DNA of 52,874 nucleotides from Mycobacterium phage prophiT46-1. The position numbers and the translations under genes are program-made. Positions 25,618 to 35,500 of the stretch are shown here, one piece after another. Below the pieces are notes generated by a model that made no database searches, had not been told where the DNA came from, and saw only the letters and a list, made by a program, of their open reading frames with translations. Within the stretch, counting starts at the first letter, position 1. Each line of letters opens with the position of its first letter. The DNA is taken from sequence record OQ417976.1; one strand, given 5' to 3'.

Positions 25618-26873
25618 TGGCCCGTGAAAACCGTGAGTGGTACAAGTTCACCGTCGCGAAAGCCGCATCGGCTGAGGATAAGCCGACGGCCACGCTGCAC
25701 ATCTACGACGAAATCGACTCATGGTTCGGTGTCAACGCCGAAGCGCTGGTCGTCGAAATCTCAGCACTTGATCCGGAAACCGAACTGACCGTCCGGGTCA
25801 ACTCGCCGGGCGGCAACGCGTTCGACGGCATCAACATCGCCAACGCCATCATGCGCCACCCCGGTAAGACCACCACCTACATCGACGGGCTGGCCGCGTC
25901 GGCTGCCAGCGTGATCGCGGTCGCCAGCGATGAGGTCGTGGTCTCCAAGTACGGACAGGCCATGGTGCATGATGCCCGCTCTGGACAGTACGGCACCGCG
26001 AAGGACCTACGCAGCGTCGCCGATCACCTGGAGAAACTGTCGGCCAGTTACGCGAAGCTGTACGCCGACCGTGCCGGCGGGACCGTCGAGGACTGGGCGC
26101 AGGCGATGGCGGACGAAACCTGGTACACCGCTGAAGAAATGGTCGCCGCTGGACTTGCCAGCCGTGTCGATGATTCGGGGGCTCGCGCCGATACCGAGAA
26201 GGCAGTCGCGTCGGCGCTGGCCTGCTCGTCTTACAAGTTCAAGTACTTCGGCCGTCCGGCCGCACCCGCGCCGGTGGCGCGGGCCGACAACGCTGGGGCG
26301 TGTGCTTCGGCGAATATCTCGAAGGAGGGCCCCGTGCCTGACATCAAGGAGGACGTCGCCAAGCGGCTCGGTCTAGGACCGGACGCCACCGACGAAGAGG
26401 TGCTAGCCGCACTCGACAAGCTGGCCAGTACCGAACAGGAAGACACCGACGAAGACGCCACCACCACCGAGGACGACTCCGCCGAGGTCGGTGCCGGAAC
26501 CGCCGTCGACGGTAAGGAACTGGTTGCCGCGGCAGCCAAGGCCGGTTTGGTGCTGATGGATCCGGCGCGGGTAGCCAAGCTCGAATCCGATGCTGCCGCA
26601 GGCGCACTGGCACGCCAGACGCAGGTAGCGGAGGCGCACGCCAAGGTCGTCGATTCCGCGGTCGCCAAGGGCAAGATCACGGCGCCTCGCCGCGACCATT
26701 TCCTGGCGCTGATGAAGGCGGACCCGGAAGGCACTACAGCCCTGCTGGATTCGATTCCGGCTGAGACCGCAGTACCGCTGACCGAAGTCGGTCACGGTAC
26801 CGAAGCGCAGGCATCGGCCAGCGCCGAAGACGAAATCCGCAACGACCCTCGATTCAAGAATTGGAGATTCTGA
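25617..26873 (+). CDS. Capsid maturation protease (ClpP/S14-like) fused to a scaffold-like C-terminal domain
   Basis: The N-terminal domain (HIYDEI ... VRVNSPGGNAFDGINIANAIMRH ... ASAASVIA) is ClpP-like with a catalytic Ser context. The C-terminal half is Ala/Glu-rich and helical. Confidence 0.75.
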   Translation: MARENREWYKFTVAKAASAEDKPTATLHIYDEIDSWFGVNAEALVVEISALDPETELTVRVNSPGGNAFDGINIANAIMRHPGKTTTYIDGLAASAASVIAVASDEVVVSKYGQAMVHDARSGQYGTAKDLRSVADHLEKLSASYAKLYADRAGGTVEDWAQAMADETWYTAEEMVAAGLASRVDDSGARADTEKAVASALACSSYKFKYFGRPAAPAPVARADNAGACASANISKEGPVPDIKEDVAKRLGLGPDATDEEVLAALDKLASTEQEDTDEDATTTEDDSAEVGAGTAVDGKELVAAAAKAGLVLMDPARVAKLESDAAAGALARQTQVAEAHAKVVDSAVAKGKITAPRRDHFLALMKADPEGTTALLDSIPAETAVPLTEVGHGTEAQASASAEDEIRNDPRFKNWRF

Positions 26874-26875
26874 CA

Positions 26876-27327
26876 TGCCCGGAATTCCTCAGGTCACCAA
26901 GACCGGACCGCGGACATACACCCCAAAGGCTGGCGTTTCGATCAAGGGCGGACAGCTCGTAGAAGGTGTCACCGGTGGCCGGATTCAGCCCGCCGCAGCG
27001 GGTTCGTTCAAGGTTGTCGGCGTCGCATTGACGGACGCGATCGCGCCCGAAGACCTGGTGCTGGCGCCGACCACTGGCAGCGACGGGCGCCCTGTGCTGA
27101 ACACAGCGGTGCTGCCGACCAAGGTGGCGTGCGCATATGGCGGGGCCGAAGTGCCTGTCACCTATGCGGCGGACGCGGCGTTCGGAGAGCTGCTGATCGC
27201 AGCTGCGAACGGCACCGTGACGCCCGCCGGTGCGACACCGGACGCCCGAACCATCGTCGGGCGCTGCACCGAACCGGGTGGCGTCGTGGTAGCAACCAAG
27301 GCCGTCGGCCTCATCCGGACCGTCTGA
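26876..27327 (+). CDS. Putative head decoration/accessory capsid protein
   Basis: 150 aa between the protease and the major capsid gene. Gly/Ala/Val-rich beta-type composition. The assignment is positional. Confidence 0.35.
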
Positions 27328-27359
27328 GCCGGACTGAAATAGCAAGGGAGACAGAAACA

Positions 27360-28304
27360 ATGCCTACAACCCCTATCGTCAGCATCAGCGACGGGCCCCG
27401 GCTCACAGTGTCGGAAATGGTCGGAAATCCGCTGTTCATTCCGACGAAGATCAAGGAGCTGCTGACCAACGTTTTCATCACGCAAACGTTGTTCCGTAAC
27501 GGCGGCGGCAATAAGAACGGCCTGGTTGCCTACCGGCAGGGCGACCCGATCTTCCTGGACGGTGAGCCTGAGGACGTCGCCGAGTTCGGCGAAATCCCGG
27601 TCGCGGCCGTCCGCAAGGGCACCGCACTGTTCGCCGTGGCGAACAAGAAGGGCCTGGGCGTCCGAGTCTCGAAGGAGATGCGGGACGAGGATGACATCGA
27701 CAGCGTCAACCTGCAGATCACGCAGTTGGTCAACACGTTCAAGCGTTCCGATGATCGTGTGTTCCGTGCGTTGACCCAGTCCAGCGCGGTACCGACGATG
27801 GCGGTTTCTGCGGCGTGGGATACCGCCAACGGCAACCCGCGTGGCGACATCGCGCGTGCGATCGAAAAGGTCATCAACGCGGCTCCATCGATCGCCGAAG
27901 GTGGAAGCGCCGAGGAATGGTACGGGTTCCAGCCCGACACGATGGTGATGAACCCCGGCCTGTTGCCGGTGCTGTTGGACAACGACAAGTTCAACAAGGT
28001 CTACCAGGGCAACGTCGCCAATGAGCACATCGCCTACACCGGCAAGCTGCCCGGCAAGGTGTACGACCTGGACATCCTGGGCGCACGCGGATATCCCACT
28101 GACCGGATCTGGATCGGACAGAAGGGCGTCACAGGGTTTTACTCGGATACCCGTCCGTTCCAAGTCACCGGCCTGTACCCGGAGGGTAACGGACCCAACG
28201 GTGGACCGACCGAGTCGTTCCGTTGCGATGCGACCCGCAAGACCGCTTACGCGCTGGATCAGCCGAAGGCGGGTATCTGGCTGACCGGGTTGGTGACCCC
28301 GTGA
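27360..28304 (+). CDS. Major capsid protein (HK97-fold)
   Basis: RBS AAGGGAGACAG before the ATG at 27360. 314 aa in the canonical position. Confidence 0.7.
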   Translation: MPTTPIVSISDGPRLTVSEMVGNPLFIPTKIKELLTNVFITQTLFRNGGGNKNGLVAYRQGDPIFLDGEPEDVAEFGEIPVAAVRKGTALFAVANKKGLGVRVSKEMRDEDDIDSVNLQITQLVNTFKRSDDRVFRALTQSSAVPTMAVSAAWDTANGNPRGDIARAIEKVINAAPSIAEGGSAEEWYGFQPDTMVMNPGLLPVLLDNDKFNKVYQGNVANEHIAYTGKLPGKVYDLDILGARGYPTDRIWIGQKGVTGFYSDTRPFQVTGLYPEGNGPNGGPTESFRCDATRKTAYALDQPKAGIWLTGLVTP

Positions 28305-28711
28305 CAGCCGAATACGTTCTGACAGCGGATTTCCTGCACCGCCTGGACGACAAGGGAGTGTGGCGCGAGCTTAAGCGCGGCGCCGTCCTCTCTGACCTCG
28401 ATGACGACGACGTCCGCCGCCTCACCGCGGCGGGCGCCATCGTCGACCGCGAGTCGTACGAACGGGCACAGGCCGAAGCCGAGGCGGCGCAGGTCGATGA
28501 CGGCGACGCCGGTGACGCACCGGATGGTATCGACGGTGCCACCGGTGACCTGCTCGACGGGCTGGCCGCGCTGATCCCTGCTGAGGGGATCGAGCGGCCC
28601 AAGTCGGCGCACTCCACTGAGGTGTGGCGGCAGTACGCCATCGCACGCGGTATCCCCGCCGATCAGGCCGCGAAGATGAGCAAAACTCAGATCAAGGCCG
28701 CGACAAGGTAA
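28301..28711 (+). CDS. Hypothetical head-associated protein
   Basis: GTGA coupling to the capsid gene. Acidic middle region. Confidence 0.4.
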   Translation: MTAEYVLTADFLHRLDDKGVWRELKRGAVLSDLDDDDVRRLTAAGAIVDRESYERAQAEAEAAQVDDGDAGDAPDGIDGATGDLLDGLAALIPAEGIERPKSAHSTEVWRQYAIARGIPADQAAKMSKTQIKAATR

Positions 28712-28717
28712 CTGGCC

Positions 28718-29113
28718 GTGGCAGAGGTAACGCCGTTCCTGACCGTCACCGAATTCGAGGGCATGTTCCGCCCTCTGTCGGCGACGGAACAGGCACTCGC
28801 CGAGATATTGGTTCGGGCAGCCGCCGCATGGATCCGTGATCCGTCGCGGCTGCCCGACCTGCCGGCGTCCGACGAGCGCGGCAAGCTCGTCACCTACGAC
28901 GTCGTCAAAGCCATGTTCGGACCCGAAGGCGTCACCGACTCTCGGGTGACGGAACTGACCCGCACCACCGATGACCGCACTCTCACGGTCAAATTGGCGC
29001 AAGCCGCCGAAATGTTGGACTTCACCGAACGCCACCTACAGATGCTTGGCCTATCACTGACCGCGGCGCCGCAAGCCACATTCACCGGATACGCGCAGGC
29101 CGAGCCATGGTGA
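28718..29113 (+). CDS. Head-to-tail connector/adaptor protein
   Basis: 131 aa in the connector position. The assignment is positional. Confidence 0.45.
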   Translation: MAEVTPFLTVTEFEGMFRPLSATEQALAEILVRAAAAWIRDPSRLPDLPASDERGKLVTYDVVKAMFGPEGVTDSRVTELTRTTDDRTLTVKLAQAAEMLDFTERHLQMLGLSLTAAPQATFTGYAQAEPW

Positions 29114-29793
29114 GCATGTTTGATCCTGGACCCGACACCGTCACGCTGGTCAAGCGCGACCCGGTAACCGACGCTGGCGCACCGGTCGTCGACGCCTGGG
29201 GCCGGCCCACCTACACCGAGCGCCGTATCCCGAAGGGCCGGTGCAGCTGGGCTGAGCACCCGGCGTTCGAAGACATTGCCGGCACTCAGGTTGCGGTCGT
29301 CAACGCAGTCGGCCACCTGATCGTGGACACGGATACCGAAACGCTCACTGCTCGTGACGCCGTCGAATTCGGTGACCGACTGTTCGAAATGCAGGGGCCC
29401 GGTGTGCGCCGCGTCGACTTGGACGGCAACCCTAGTCATGTGCGGGCAGAGGCCCGGTTCTGTGAAGACGTCAGCCTCGGCGAACAGGTCACCATCATCG
29501 CGGCCGGCCGACGCGGCGACCGCGGCACCGTTGAGCCCGACGGCGATCCGGTCACGGTGATCGCCCGCGCTGTCCTGGTGGGTAATCAGCGGCAGCGGTT
29601 CGGGGACACCGGTGAAGTCATCGCCGCAGCATTCACTGTCGTCCTGGACCTCGATATGCAGATCCGCGACAACGACTGGCTGATCATTCGCGGCCGCGAG
29701 TGCCGCGCGCTGGTTGGTGTGCAGCTGTCCCAGTGGGCCGACCGCAATCAGCTGGTGGTGCTGGCGCAATCAGCGAAGGGCGGTATCGGCTGA
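29107..29793 (+). CDS. Head-tail joining (head closure) protein
   Basis: 228-aa ORF in the connector region. It may be shorter if an internal start is used. Confidence 0.4.
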   Translation: MVSMFDPGPDTVTLVKRDPVTDAGAPVVDAWGRPTYTERRIPKGRCSWAEHPAFEDIAGTQVAVVNAVGHLIVDTDTETLTARDAVEFGDRLFEMQGPGVRRVDLDGNPSHVRAEARFCEDVSLGEQVTIIAAGRRGDRGTVEPDGDPVTVIARAVLVGNQRQRFGDTGEVIAAAFTVVLDLDMQIRDNDWLIIRGRECRALVGVQLSQWADRNQLVVLAQSAKGGIG

Positions 29794-30035
29794 TGGCACC
29801 GCAAGGCAAGTTCCGGCTGAACAAAAAGACGATCGCCTATATCGCGAAGTACGACAAGGGCCTCGGCGCGGCGCTGGACGCGGTCGCGAACCCGGCAGCA
29901 CAGAACGCCGGCGCCACGGTCGATGAGTACGTCACCGACCGGCAAGTCCGCGGCATCTACGGCAAAAAGGAAGACCAGGCCAAACACGGTGCGGTGTCGA
30001 AAGCGTTCGGCCGCTTGGGGTTGAGGCTGCGATGA
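29793..30035 (+). CDS. Hypothetical protein
   Basis: The ATG overlaps the upstream stop. 80 aa. Confidence 0.4.
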   Translation: MAPQGKFRLNKKTIAYIAKYDKGLGAALDAVANPAAQNAGATVDEYVTDRQVRGIYGKKEDQAKHGAVSKAFGRLGLRLR

Positions 30036-30454
30036 GAGAGCACGCAGATATCCGCAACGCCTTCGCCGACGCGCTGGAGGCGTTCGTGGCGCTGCCGCCG
30101 AACGTTGCCCTATTCGGCGGCGTGTGCCGGGTATCGGTTGAGGAAGTGCCCCAAGACTGGAGCCTGCGCACCGGCCCGCCGCTGATCACCGTGCATGACG
30201 ACGGTGGCCCCGAACAGTGGCCCATCAAACGCGACCCGACGATCCGGATCACTGTGCGTGCCCGCGGCGCTGATCTGGCCGACCGGGTCGCGCGCCGCGT
30301 GCACGGCTATCTGCACGACAACCGCCCGCCAGGGGCCGCGCACATTTTCCGCACCGGCGGAAGCGTGTTCGTCACCGCGCGGGACACCGACACCGGCGCC
30401 GACATGGCGTCGTTCACCGTCACAGCGGCGGTGCGCACCATCGAAACCGTCTAA
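30032..30454 (+). CDS. Tail terminator/completion-like protein
   Basis: 140 aa immediately upstream of the major tail protein gene. The assignment is positional. Confidence 0.4.
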   Translation: MREHADIRNAFADALEAFVALPPNVALFGGVCRVSVEEVPQDWSLRTGPPLITVHDDGGPEQWPIKRDPTIRITVRARGADLADRVARRVHGYLHDNRPPGAAHIFRTGGSVFVTARDTDTGADMASFTVTAAVRTIETV

Positions 30455-30474
30455 GAGACAAGGAGACAGCACCA

Positions 30475-31017
30475 ATGGCTGGCAATCCCGACAATGTGAA
30501 GCTCTATACAGAGGCCGACGTACTGCTGTGGATGGGTTCGGCGGCACCGACTGCGGCCGACCTGCCTGCGGCCATCACCGATCCGTTCGTGACGACCACC
30601 GGCAAGTGGGCGTTCCTCGGTCTGCTGGTGGGCGATGCGGGTATCGATACTCAGCGCGAATGGGACGAGAAGGACATCCCGGCATGGGGTTACGGCACGA
30701 TCATCGTCGCATCGAAGGACTTCAAGCTCACCCGCAAGGTGTCCGCGCTGGAGGACAACCCGGCGATGCAGCGGATCCTGTGGAACGGCTCGACCGAAAC
30801 CGAAATCGTTGTGCCGAATCCGCTGTACGAGTACGTGGCGTTCGAGAAGCGCACCGCCAGCGGCGAAATCCGGCGCGAGATTTCCAAGCGGCCGGCGCGG
30901 TTCTGGACGCCGAACATCAAGGACGCCGAGGGCGACGCTACTCCCCGCGAAATCGAGTGCCGGATCTTCCCGGACTCTGCCCGCAAGCTGTTCGCCGCGC
31001 AGCAGACCGCCGCATAG
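30475..31017 (+). CDS. Major tail protein
   Basis: RBS AAGGAGACAG before the ATG. 180 aa in the canonical position before the chaperones and tape measure. Confidence 0.6.
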   Translation: MAGNPDNVKLYTEADVLLWMGSAAPTAADLPAAITDPFVTTTGKWAFLGLLVGDAGIDTQREWDEKDIPAWGYGTIIVASKDFKLTRKVSALEDNPAMQRILWNGSTETEIVVPNPLYEYVAFEKRTASGEIRREISKRPARFWTPNIKDAEGDATPREIECRIFPDSARKLFAAQQTAA

Positions 31018-31032
31018 AAAGGGGCACTCGAA

Positions 31033-31320
31033 GTGAAGACAATCGAGTTGCTTGTCAACAAGCCCGAATTCCTTAAGGGCTCGATCATCACGGTCGACGA
31101 CCTGTCGGCTGCGGTGCTGATCGATAAGGAAGAGGCCAAGCCCTACGAGCCGGCCGCAGACGCAGAGGACACCGACGCCGCACAGCCGAAGGTTAAGCGG
31201 GGGCGTCGCAGCCGCGGCACGTCGCAGTCGGTGAACGTGGCCGAAGCGGATATGCCGAACACCGAAGCCGATACCGGCGACGGTGAGGTCGACGGTGAAG
31301 GTGGCGGCGAAAACGTCTGA
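31033..31320 (+). CDS. Hypothetical acidic protein
   Basis: 95 aa with an acidic C-terminus. Confidence 0.4.
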   Translation: MKTIELLVNKPEFLKGSIITVDDLSAAVLIDKEEAKPYEPAADAEDTDAAQPKVKRGRRSRGTSQSVNVAEADMPNTEADTGDGEVDGEGGGENV

Positions 31321-32035
31321 GGCTGCACGGCTAGAAGCGCTGGGCGCCACCGAAGCCGAAGCACTGTTCCGCGGCCACACCATCCGGGTTCCCCTGAACC
31401 TGGAGGTGTGGCCGCTCAATCTTGTACGCGAACACCCTTTCAACGCTGTCGATTACCTGCTGGACGGGCAGGAATGCGGACTGTACGACGACGCGACGGT
31501 CGATGACTACCGCGAGCTGTCCGACGCGATGGCCGACGCCGTGGGGGTGTCGCGGCTGCCGGAAACACCGGCCGCGCCGGATCAATGGTTCGGCGGGATA
31601 CCGACTTTGGTCAACATCTTGGACCGATTCGAGGACGATCTAGCCAGCGATCTGCGGCGCTTCTGGGGTGTGGAGTATGCCGAACGGTTCACGGGCACTT
31701 TGTCGTTGCGCCGGATTTGGACCTACATTCGCCGTCTCGATCCGGCGTCTTCGATCGTGCGAGCCCAGAACGGTGGCAAAGAACAATGGACAGAACAGAT
31801 GTTCATTCTGGCGTCCGTATATCAAGCGCTTACAGGGGAAATCTATCCCGGTCGCCCGCTGCGGCCTCATGAGGTAGCAAAAGCTCTCGAAGCTATGCAA
31901 GCGAAAGCTGATCATGTCGCTAACTTGAAGGAACGCCAAGCCGCGTACGCCGCGAAATCGTCGCCCGCAGCGTCAGCGGTCTCGGCTATGGAACAGGCAG
32001 TAGCGAACCGGCGACACGAACTAGGAAAACGCTGA
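31283..32035 (+). CDS. Tail assembly chaperone (G-like)
   Basis: Located upstream of the tape measure gene. A -1-frame ORF overlaps its 3' end. Confidence 0.5.
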   Translation: MRSTVKVAAKTSEAARLEALGATEAEALFRGHTIRVPLNLEVWPLNLVREHPFNAVDYLLDGQECGLYDDATVDDYRELSDAMADAVGVSRLPETPAAPDQWFGGIPTLVNILDRFEDDLASDLRRFWGVEYAERFTGTLSLRRIWTYIRRLDPASSIVRAQNGGKEQWTEQMFILASVYQALTGEIYPGRPLRPHEVAKALEAMQAKADHVANLKERQAAYAAKSSPAASAVSAMEQAVANRRHELGKR

Positions 32036-32040
32036 ACACC

Positions 32041-32340
32041 ATGGCCAACAACACCCGCAACAAGTCCGCAGAAACCGCCGACGACCAGACCGACCCCGAT
32101 AAGGCGACCGTCGATCTGATCTGGGAGGGACTGAAGTTCACCATCCCGAAGCGTCGTGGCCGCTGGCCCGTCAGTGCCCTACGCGATTTCGCGCGCGGAC
32201 GGAACTACGAAGCCGTGGTGACCCTGCTCGGCGGCGAGGAACAATGGCAGCAACTAGTCGAGAAATGCCCGACCGGCGACGACTTCGACAAGTTCGTCGA
32301 CTACGTGCGCGACGTCGTCAAGAAGGAGTGCACGCTGTGA
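32041..32340 (+). CDS. Tail assembly chaperone (T-like segment; may be expressed by -1 frameshift as a fusion)
   Basis: Its frame is -1 relative to the upstream chaperone gene and is open from 31924. The A-rich AGGAAAAC lies near the upstream stop. Confidence 0.45.
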   Translation: MANNTRNKSAETADDQTDPDKATVDLIWEGLKFTIPKRRGRWPVSALRDFARGRNYEAVVTLLGGEEQWQQLVEKCPTGDDFDKFVDYVRDVVKKECTL

Positions 32341-32522
32341 AGCCCGGCGCCACGCGGTATCCGTGGCGCCGAATCAGAAGCCGCCCACGCATCCGTCTGT
32401 GGGACAACCAATTCCAATACATCACCGAAATCGAAACACCTCTGTATGTCGAGCCGTGGCCGATGTGGCTACGGCGGATTGTGCGGCACGCGCTGCACCT
32501 GAGGTAAGGCGGAAGCCACACC

Positions 32523-35500
32523 GTGGCGCAAGGCATGGATTTCGGGTACTACACCCTCCCCGTCATCCCGTCGTTTGTCGACATCGAATCGAAGTCGCAG
32601 ACGGCGCTGAACCGCTCCGTGGGCGCACTCGGAACCAAGGTCGGTAAGACCTTCGGAAAGAACCTCGCAGACGGTGTCGTGTCCGCCGAAGCGCAATTGA
32701 CCCGCGCCTACGACAACGTCATCAAAATTCAAGACAAGGCCGCTGACGCGACCGGCAAGCTGGCCACCGCCGAAGCCAAACTCCAGCGGCTACAGAAGAT
32801 CGGCGCATCCAACGACCGGATCGTCGCGGCCACCGAAGCCCGAAACAAGGCCCGCCGCGACGAAATTCGCGCCGTCAAAGAGGCCACCGCCGCCCAAGAC
32901 GACTACGAGCGGTCGCTCAAACGGCACAACAGCGGAGCCGATGCCCTCGACAACTTGGGTCTTAGCTACGAAGGGTTGGCGGGCAAGGCTTCACTGGCTG
33001 CCGCGGCCTTGGGCACAGCGGTCGGCGCGGGGATGGCTGCGGCAGCCGCCGGCGCGATCAAACTCGGCCGCGAGTTGTACGACCTAGGCGCGCAGTTCGA
33101 CGAAACCTTCGACCAGCTGCAGATCACCACCGGCGCCAGCGGCGGTGCGCTCGACGCGCTCGAGGTGTCGGTGAAGAACCTTGGACGTTCGGTGCCGCTG
33201 CCGTTCGCCGAACTCGGCAAGGTTGTCGGCGAGGTCAACCGCGACCTGCACCTGACCGGCCCCACGCTCGACGCGGTATCGAAATCGGTCGCCAACTTGG
33301 GCAGGCTCACCGGTGAGGCGGTCGACGTGCGCGGGCTGGGCCGGGCGTTCCGATCCTTCGGGGTCGAAGGCAAAGACCAGGTCGCAACCCTGGATTCGTT
33401 GTTCGGGGCCTGGCAGCGCACCGGCATTCCCATCAACGAGCTGTTGTCCACGGTCACCAAGGGTGGCCCGCAGCTTCGCCAATTCGGGTTCACATTCGGC
33501 CAGTCCGCCGCACTCATCGGCATGTTGGACGAGCGCGGGTTGGACGCCGACAAGGCGGTCATGGCGCTGACCAAGAGCCTGGGCACCCTGGCCAAGACGC
33601 AGGGTGTCACCGGGCCGGACGCGTTGCGGCAAACCGTTTCCCAGATCAAGGCGTTGACTGATGCTGGCCGCGACGCCGAGGCGCTGAACCTGACCAACAA
33701 GATCTTCGGCGCCAAGGGCGGCGTGCAGTTCTTCGACGCCATCAAGTCCGGTGCGCTGGATTTGCAGACGTTGCAGTCGGCGCTGGATTCGACCGGCACC
33801 TCGATCAACGACACCGCATCCGATACCGACGACTTCGAACAGAAGTGGCAGATCTTCAAAAACAACACCGCGGCAGCGCTAGAACCGTTGGCGTCCAGTC
33901 TGTTCGCGTTCGTCAACGATGGTCTGGGCTCGCTCGCTGTGTGGGTCCAAGCCCACCAACCCGAGGTCATCGGATTCTTCAGCACCGCCACACAAGGCGT
34001 CATCTTGTTCGGCGAAACCATCCTGCGGATGGCCTCGGACGCACTCGATGCGCTGTCGCTGTTGGTCGGTGGGCTGGGCAACACAGTCGGATTCACGCTC
34101 AAGGCAGCCTCGGCGTTCGCATCGCTGACCGGGGACAAGGTCGGCGCACAACGGATGCACGACTTGTCCGAGGACGCGTTCTCGTGGGGCGAGAACATGC
34201 GGGGCCTGGCCGACAAGCTCGACGGCACAGCCGACGGCCTGTTCAACTTGCGCAAACGCATTCAGGCCACCGGCGAAGAGATGGCCACGGCAGCCAGATT
34301 CACGTCCGCGCTCGGTGAAGCGACAGCAAGTATCCCGGACGGCAAGACCATCCAAATTTCGGAGAACACACCTGAGGTTCGCCGCAAGCTGGCCGATATC
34401 GGTGTGCAGGTCGAAACCTTGCCTGATGGCACGGTGACGGTTACCGCCAACACCGATCAGGGCAAGAAAGTCCTTGAGTCGTGGCGCAAGTCGATCGAGC
34501 GCGACAAGCCCGCCGAGGTGTCGATCACGGCCGACACTTCGGAGGCTGAGCATAAGTGGGCGCTGTTCCGCGACATGCTGCAGAACCCCGGACCCACCCC
34601 GGTTACGGGCCCGTTCGTGGGCGGTAACGCCAACGTCAGCGCGCCGTGGATTCCGTTCCTGCCGCCGCCGCGGGCCCGTGGCGGGATCTTCGACGTGTGG
34701 GATTCGGTCGCCTCATTCGCGCTGGGCGGCACCCTGCCGAAGCGGGCGCTCATCCAGCCGCCCGTGTCCGGTGCAGGTCTAGTGCAATGGGCCGAACCAT
34801 CCACGCGCGGAGAGGCATTCATCCCGCTGGGCGGCGGTCAACGCTCGATCGATATCTGGATGGAAACCGGGCGGCGCCTCGGGGCTATCCGGGGATTTGA
34901 AACTGGCGGGTTCCGCGGGCCCGATGTGATCGCCGCGTTGAGCTTGACGGGTACCCCGTATAGCCAGGGCAGCCGCAATGACTGCTCAGGCATGGCCGCT
35001 CGCGTCATCAACCGGGCGATGGGCCTTCCGGATGACTCGCTGATGACCACCAAGAACGCTGAGCAGTGGCTATCGGCGCGCGGTTTCCGGCGCGGAATGG
35101 GCGGGCCCGGAACGATCACGGTCGGCTGGTACGACCACGGCCCGAACCCCAACGACGGCCACATGGCATTGACGCTGTCGGACGGGACACCCGCCGAATC
35201 CGGTGGCTCACACGGCGACTTCCGGGTGGGCGCCGGCGCTGCTGGCGCGGACAGCCCGCAATTCGACCAACACATGTACCTGCCGAACCTCTACGGCGAA
35301 GGTGTCGGCGGATCCGGTGGCCTCGGTGGCGGTTCTCTACTTTTCGGTGGTGGCGGCGGTGCGGGCGGTGGCCGCGGCGGCGGCAGCGTGTTCGGGGCCG
35401 GGTATCAGACCGGCCGCGGGACACCGGGCTACGACGAAGACGGCCGGCCCGGCTACTACGCCCCGGACCCGAAGCAAGTCCGTGAAGCCGAAGAACGCGC

